Shown: positions 59,011 through 64,000 of the stretch, piece after piece
How the letters are laid out: each line of letters begins with the position of its first letter
Numbering within the stretch: the stretch's first letter is position 1
Virus record (IMG/VR): IMGVR_UViG_3300045918_000470
Span: 13,798 to 77,797 of that record
DNA length: 64,000 nt
From: a virus
Direction: 5' to 3' (one strand)
Position numbers and translations under genes: made by a program
The notes under the pieces: model-generated
What the model saw: only the letters and a program-made list of their open reading frames with translations
Databases searched by the model: none
What the model was told of the DNA's origin: nothing

Positions 59011-59196
59011 ATGGCAAGATATAATATTGGTGATAAATGTTCTATTAATGGTAAAAAAGAAACAGTATGTATAATCAAAGATATTGTTGATGATGGATAC
59101 AAATATGTTGTAGAATTTATCTACACAGATTCTACATCACAGTTTAATATCTCTGTTATCAGTTTTGATGATGCTTATACTAAGCACAGATCTTAA
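59011..59196 (+). CDS. Small hypothetical protein (MARYNIGDKC)
   Basis: Early promoter and RBS; similar to the 58742 ORF. Confidence 0.55.
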   Translation: MARYNIGDKCSINGKKETVCIIKDIVDDGYKYVVEFIYTDSTSQFNISVISFDDAYTKHRS

Positions 59197-59659
59197 ACCA
59201 GTGATAAACATCTATTGGCATAATCATCTTCTGCGCTCGTTCGATCAGGAAGATGAATTACGTGCAATGAACGCATGGGAATTTTTTAATTCATTCCTTT
59301 TAAAAGAAAAACTTAAATTGAAACATGAATAAATTATGGTAGGTTCATGAGGTCATTCCTCATTAAAACGTCCTTTAAACTCATCCCTTGGGGAGTTGCC
59401 AAAATTACAGATTGTTTACGACATGGACAAGATGTACTCACTTTCAAAGTTTTATTTCAGAACAATCTCCACTTACCAAATGTAGGCAACAACGAAAGTT
59501 AGTTGAGGAGTGGCTAATATGCATTGCCGTAATTGCACTATTGTTTGTAAGAACAATTATTAAAGACTATCGGAATCCGTTTAGGACGTAGAACCCAAGG
59601 AAGAAATTCACGAGGTGATAACCGTAAAACCGTTGGCAGTTTTTAGTCTGCCTTCAAAC

Positions 59660-59737
59660 GGGTTGATAGCATAATCGGTTAATGCCATCGTCTCATAAAC
59701 GGTAGAAGGAGCGGTTCGAATCCGCCTCGACCCACCA
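59660..59737 (+). tRNA. tRNA with CAT anticodon (elongator Met or Ile2)
   Basis: ctCATaa loop, CCA. Confidence 0.8.
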
Positions 59738-59739
59738 AT

Positions 59740-59837
59740 GGGAATATAGTGTTGATAGTTTAGCGACTTTGGATAACACTGCGTAATATCAGCTGTATGT
59801 ACGCCAATGTGAGTTCGAATCTCACTATTCCCGTCCA
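59740..59837 (+). ncRNA. tRNA-shaped RNA with expanded D loop and extended anticodon arm
   Basis: gggaata/tattccc acceptor, gtgagTTCGAatctcac, TCCA; no canonical 7 nt anticodon loop. Confidence 0.5.
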
Positions 59838-60132
59838 AATATTTCATTCAGTACATAGAGTCGTTCAGTGTATTGATAGGATATTTGTTAGACAGTTTGA
59901 CAACGAATCATAAGTAATGAAAGATTAACAAGCAATTGAGGGCACTTTCAACAAGTTACTTAGCTGATTCCATGTGAAGATACATTTAAATCACATGGAA
60001 GCACGGGCTTATATCCGAAAGTTAGGCATAAAGCATTTTAATGATAGTTTTAGTAAAAAATGGAGTTTAACTATAAAACTCAATTACACTCGTCCTCCTC
60101 TGTATATCAGGAGCAAACGATGGGTGGATTAC

Positions 60133-60208
60133 GCCCAATTAGCTTAGTGGTTAAAGCAGTCGGCATATAACCGACAGATCATAGGTTCAATTCCTACATT
60201 GGGTTCCA
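60133..60208 (+). tRNA. tRNA-Ile(TAT) with A33
   Basis: gcccaat/attgggt, gtcgg-caTATaa-ccgac, TCCA. Confidence 0.7.
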
Positions 60209-60265
60209 TTCACAATTACCTCACAATCTTATGTTATAATATATCATTCACAAAAAGGATGTATT

Positions 60266-60541
60266 ATGAGAAAAGTTATTTTAGCGTTAATGTTCTGTGT
60301 ATCGTTATTTGCATATGATACCAGTAAATGTATTGCATGTCATGGAACAACATTTGAAAAACATGCATTAGGAAAATCTGCAGTTGTCAAAGATATGAGA
60401 CATCAAGAAATTGAGAAATCACTTCTAGGATATAAGGCAGGTACGATGAACAAGTATGGTATGGGTGCATTGATGAAAGGTCAACTAGCAACTGTATCAG
60501 AAAAAGATATCAAAGACATTTCAAAAAGTATTGGAAAGTAA
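60266..60541 (+). CDS. Periplasmic cytochrome c553-like protein
   Basis: Signal peptide, CIACH heme motif, FEKHALGKS, YGMGALMKGQ axial Met region. Confidence 0.9.
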   Translation: MRKVILALMFCVSLFAYDTSKCIACHGTTFEKHALGKSAVVKDMRHQEIEKSLLGYKAGTMNKYGMGALMKGQLATVSEKDIKDISKSIGK

Positions 60542-60761
60542 GTGATATTTAAGCTTCATTATGATATAATACATCATAAACAAATTAAAAGCAATCATTA
60601 ACCAAACTATGTAGTCGGCGCCGACGAAACAGAATGAGATTGCACTCAACTTATCGAGTTTCTCAATTAAGGTCCAGGCCGATGGGATATAGATGAGCTT
60701 CTGGTAATGAAGTTACCTGCGTGGAGAGCAACCTCGGATTGCGGACACGGCCTATAAAGTT

Positions 60762-60900
60762 ATCACAGAAAACATACAGCAACCCCTAAATGAAAATCAC
60801 CTTTTAAGTGAGCGATCCGGGTTCGAATCCCGGCGGTGCGGTTATACCAAACTGTAGTTTAACGGTAAAACACTAAAATTCAAAACCTGTTTTCTGTGAT
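60762..60900 (+). ncRNA. CAGCAA element 5 with Lys anticodon loop and permuted tRNA domain
   Basis: 13 bp closing stem; tcac-ctTTTaa-gtga; ccgggTTCGAatcccgg; closed acceptor; D arm tagtttaacggtaaaac. Confidence 0.65.
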
Positions 60901-61098
60901 GCCTTTATCAAGTATCAGCTTCGTATTTGCTATAAATGTACCCGTCCAAAACCTTGGTTGACAGTAAAAATAACAGGTTGGGTCTTACCGTGACGCTATA
61001 ATCGGTGGAGTGTTTTAATCGTGTAAATTACGCAAGGGTTTGACTCTGACAGAATCCTTTAAAAATATAGCCTACGATGATAAGTATGGTGATCTTAT

Positions 61099-61185
61099 GC
61101 CCTGTGTCCCGGTCACTCGACTTCTAATCGATTCCATTAAGTAGACAGGCGGAGGCAAGTTGTTCAACTCAACCACGGGGCTCCA
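61099..61185 (+). tRNA. Atypical tRNA-Arg(TCT)-like RNA (8/4 fold, minimal D arm, long variable arm)
   Basis: gccctgtg/cacggggc, tcga-ctTCTaa-tcga, gttg-ttcaact-caac, TCCA. Confidence 0.6.
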
Positions 61186-61230
61186 AGAATTTATATTGAA
61201 GTTCATATTGATGAATTTCAAATGCATTCC

Positions 61231-61276
61231 AGGTTCCATTACAGCAACACCACCCAAAAAATAATAAATGAACTTA
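61231..61276 (+). ncRNA. CAGCAA element 6
   Basis: aggttc-cattaCAGCAA...gaactt. Confidence 0.5.
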
Positions 61277-61408
61277 AACATTGAGCCCGCACGAAATGGG
61301 GTTGGATATAAAAGCACGAAACATTAATAGGCGCTAACTACACGGAACCAGTCAAGTAGTTGTCTTGAGACAAAGTAATGTAATAAAACGCCAAACGAAG
61401 TAGTGCAC

Positions 61409-61582
61409 ACAAGAACAGTGAAATATTGACTCTATATGACGGTGTATCTAAGGTAAGACAAGATCGAACCGGAAAGCCAAACGTAATCCTCGAAGCAGAT
61501 GGGTAGATACCGCCCTTGGGATGATCCGCAAGGATAGACTCGACATTGCTCGAGAATAGATAGATAGAATAACTGTTCTTGT
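61409..61582 (+). ncRNA. Putative multi-branched structured RNA
   Basis: acaagaacagt/actgttcttgt closing stem; cggtgtatcta/tagataccg; atcc-gcaa-ggat GNRA hairpin. Confidence 0.5.
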
Positions 61583-61670
61583 TAGTTAATTAATGCAAGA
61601 ATTAAATGTAATTTTTTCATTAGTTAAGTAATTTTTTTCTTTCTAACACACAATCACATAAGGAAGAATC

Positions 61671-61970
61671 GTGACGTTCACAGAAGATTTAATCGAATTT
61701 TGCAAGGAAGAAGTAACCTTGTATAAGTCTGAACTAGTTTCAGCAAACGCAGAAGATGTATATAAAATCGAGCAGAAGATGGCTATGCTAAAAGACGTTA
61801 TATCATTATCAAAAGAATATGATTATAATGAATCAACAAGATTTTCATTCGATGCAATTAACACAATTATACGTGGTATCAGAAAAGTAAAACAATCACA
61901 TACAACAGATATTATGAGTACAAAAATCAACATCTTTAAAGATGATATTTTATTTTTCGGACAAAGATAA
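61671..61970 (+). CDS. Hypothetical protein
   Basis: 99 aa, GTG start with AAGGA RBS. Confidence 0.6.
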   Translation: MTFTEDLIEFCKEEVTLYKSELVSANAEDVYKIEQKMAMLKDVISLSKEYDYNESTRFSFDAINTIIRGIRKVKQSHTTDIMSTKINIFKDDILFFGQR

Positions 61971-62599
61971 TGTGTTCAATCGTTGGTTCATTCAGTAAAA
62001 AAAGATTCAAAGATTTAATAAAACTAAATCAATCACGTGGTTCGTTCTCATATTCGTTTATGGTTATTAATCCTGAGAATCTTGAGATTATTCAGATGAT
62101 ACAGGATTTTGGTGAGTTCAATTATGATGTAGTTGATGTTGCACCTGATGGGTATTATATCGGTCACACTCAAGCACCTACGGGTGGGTTAATAAAAGAT
62201 CCTGAAAGAATTCATCCTGCATTGCATAAAGATAAATTCCTGTTTCATAATGGTATCATTAAACAGAAAGACGTTGAACGTCTAAAAGAAGAACAACAGA
62301 CAGATGAATCATGGGATTCTAAACTCATGTTGCAAGAGATCACTAACAAAGGTTTAACACCCACATTAAACACAATAGATGGTAGTTTTGCTTGTGTTTA
62401 CTTTGATGGGTCATCAATCGATGTATTTAGATCAGCAGCGGGTATTTTATTCGTAGGCAATGACCTAGATATAAGTTCGACTAAGTTCGATGAGGCAATA
62501 AGAATCGAGAAAGACATTATATACAGTTTTGATATTGGTAATAGAACAATTACAAAATATGATGATTTCACATCAAAATCGGCACCCTATTTTTATTAG
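61970..62599 (+). CDS. Class II glutamine amidotransferase (Gat)
   Basis: N-terminal MCSIVG, RG, GHTQAPT, HNGII, DS, GSFA. Confidence 0.85.
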   Translation: MCSIVGSFSKKRFKDLIKLNQSRGSFSYSFMVINPENLEIIQMIQDFGEFNYDVVDVAPDGYYIGHTQAPTGGLIKDPERIHPALHKDKFLFHNGIIKQKDVERLKEEQQTDESWDSKLMLQEITNKGLTPTLNTIDGSFACVYFDGSSIDVFRSAAGILFVGNDLDISSTKFDEAIRIEKDIIYSFDIGNRTITKYDDFTSKSAPYFY

Positions 62600-62650
62600 T
62601 ATTTAAGTTTATTAATGTTATAATACAGATAGAAAGAATGAAGGATTGTT

Positions 62651-62974
62651 ATGAATTATCAAGAAAAATTAGATTCGGAAGAATACGTTTTAAAGATGAA
62701 CATTCAGGATATAGTTAAAATTCCCGAATGGCAATCCCTTCGTGCATATTTTGTAGGAAAATGGAAATCACAACCTGAAAAAAATCTTCAAATGTTAAAA
62801 GATTTTGCAGGAGATATTACAACATTATCAAACAGACGCCTACGAATTGTCCATAATTATGTAACAGGTTCAGGTTTTCGTATTGGTATCATTTCAAATC
62901 CTGCCATATTAACATTTACAGAAGTTGTTCGTAATGAAGTAAATACACGTAAATCCGATGGACGGTGGAAATAA
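62651..62974 (+). CDS. Hypothetical protein
   Basis: 107 aa; early promoter at 62602-62624. Confidence 0.6.
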   Translation: MNYQEKLDSEEYVLKMNIQDIVKIPEWQSLRAYFVGKWKSQPEKNLQMLKDFAGDITTLSNRRLRIVHNYVTGSGFRIGIISNPAILTFTEVVRNEVNTRKSDGRWK

Positions 62975-63429
62975 TGTTTGCAAAATGGCACGATGTAAAT
63001 GGTGTAAAATGTCAAGGATTTATTGAAAAACGTGTTGCAGTAATGTTACAACGTGATAAGACAAAATGTTTCTATCGTGGTAAAGCACAGAAAACACCTA
63101 ATGGTAACTACACACCTGATTTTGATTTAGGATGGTGTTTTCTTGAGATAAAATCAATGCATAGTTGGTTACAAGCATTAGGTGTAGTAAGTATTATCGA
63201 AAATGCACGTAATGAAAAATTAGCAGAGATAACAAATAAATCTCAGTTGAAGATGGAATATGTAAATGAAAAAGTAAAACCTGTGTATGTATTCATTGAA
63301 TTAACAGAAGAATCAAAAAAATTCAAAGATATCAAAGTACCTGATCATTCATTAACAACAGTATATGGCAGTGTTGAGGATCTTCATGAATTCTTACGGA
63401 TAAATAAAATAAAAGGAAATGAATGTTAA
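62965..63429 (+). CDS. PD-(D/E)XK nuclease-like protein
   Basis: YTPDF...LEIK motif. Confidence 0.6.
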   Translation: MEIMFAKWHDVNGVKCQGFIEKRVAVMLQRDKTKCFYRGKAQKTPNGNYTPDFDLGWCFLEIKSMHSWLQALGVVSIIENARNEKLAEITNKSQLKMEYVNEKVKPVYVFIELTEESKKFKDIKVPDHSLTTVYGSVEDLHEFLRINKIKGNEC

Positions 63430-64000
63430 ATGAAGTTTTAAGTCGATTACCAGAGATTGAAGAAGGTACAAAAGTTGTATCAGTTTTATCAGGTGGGTTG
63501 GATAGCACAATCGTAACATATACGCTTGTAAAAAAATATGGTGCGGAAAATGTTGTTGCGTTGTCATACAATTATGGACAGAAACAATCTGTTGAATTAG
63601 AGAAAGCAATCCTAACTTGTCAAAAACTTGGAGTTGTACATAAAATTCTTGACATCAGTTTCTTAGGTGAAGTAGTATCAAAAGTATCTGCACTTTCACG
63701 TGTTGGTAATGTGGCAATGCCTACAATTGAAGATGTATTGGGTGAACCTCAACCGGTAACATATGTACCTTACAGAAATCTTATCTTGTTCTCAATTGGA
63801 ATGAGTTTCGCTGAAAGTAACAATGCATCATTTGTATTCAACGGGTTACAAGCACATGACGAATATTCTTACTGGGATACAACAAAAGCATTTGTTCAAA
63901 GTGTAAACAACGTATCTGAGCTTAATCGTAAAAACAGTGTTAAAATTGTTTCACCATTCGTTGAATTTAGTAAGAAAGACGAGATTCAAGTCGGTAAAGA
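63423..64000 (+). CDS. queC: 7-cyano-7-deazaguanine synthase (truncated by window end)
   Basis: Not in the ORF track; VLSGGLDST, YNYGQKQ..ELEKA, TYVPYRNLIL, HDEYSYWDT. Confidence 0.92.
   Translation, partial: MLNEVLSRLPEIEEGTKVVSVLSGGLDSTIVTYTLVKKYGAENVVALSYNYGQKQSVELEKAILTCQKLGVVHKILDISFLGEVVSKVSALSRVGNVAMPTIEDVLGEPQPVTYVPYRNLILFSIGMSFAESNNASFVFNGLQAHDEYSYWDTTKAFVQSVNNVSELNRKNSVKIVSPFVEFSKKDEIQVGK

Noticed and set aside
56001-61276. CRISPR mini-array from the CAGCAA repeats
   Set aside because: The identical core is only about 7 nt, spacing is irregular and flanks vary; no cas genes.
47655-61317. Short track ORFs overlapping tRNA or ncRNA genes (47655, 48207, 48801, 49996, 50308, 51634, 55736, 56237, 56747, 59388, 59608, 61072)
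   Set aside because: Chance frames over RNA genes with no RBS or recognisable motifs.
59320-61582. tmRNA or RNase P RNA
   Set aside because: I could not find the tRNA-Ala-like ends with a tag ORF, or the GAGGAAAGUCC core.
42733-62599. Genome-wide TAG recoding, suggested by the amber codon and the theta-type ribozyme
   Set aside because: Core genes are intact in code 11, TAG ends apparently normal genes (2385, 57659, 62599), and no CTA-anticodon tRNA was seen.

Overview
A 64 kb segment of a large, AT-rich T4-like myophage genome. It resembles Campylobacter myophages in gene repertoire, and the promoter motif and cytochrome c553 suggest a Campylobacterota host. Bases 1-46.8 kb are mostly virion morphogenesis genes: Dda helicase, gp16/15/19, baseplate gp26/51/48/53/27/5/PAAR/25/6/7, several modular fibre genes, a terminase broken by an atypically split intein, portal, prohead protease, scaffold, major capsid protein and gp14. 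Bases 47.3-61.6 kb are a dense RNA region with about 30 tRNA or tRNA-like genes, two HNH endonucleases and many structured non-coding elements. The window ends in Gat/QueC 7-deazaguanine genes. The main candidate novel system is a pair of unannotated leader peptides (47427-47564 and 48597-48767). Each sits between a promoter and a tRNA array, and each has an amino-acid and codon composition that matches the tRNAs downstream of it, suggesting tRNA-supply-sensing attenuators. Other notable features: six stem-closed CAGCAA RNAs carrying permuted-tRNA or Lys-anticodon cargo, an HDV-like (theta-type) ribozyme after a CCA-less tRNA-Cys, an endonuclease-fused split TerL intein, a candidate gp26/gp51 -1 frameshift, and a fibre gene with a single in-frame amber codon. 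All calls come from reading the sequence by eye; no searches were run.
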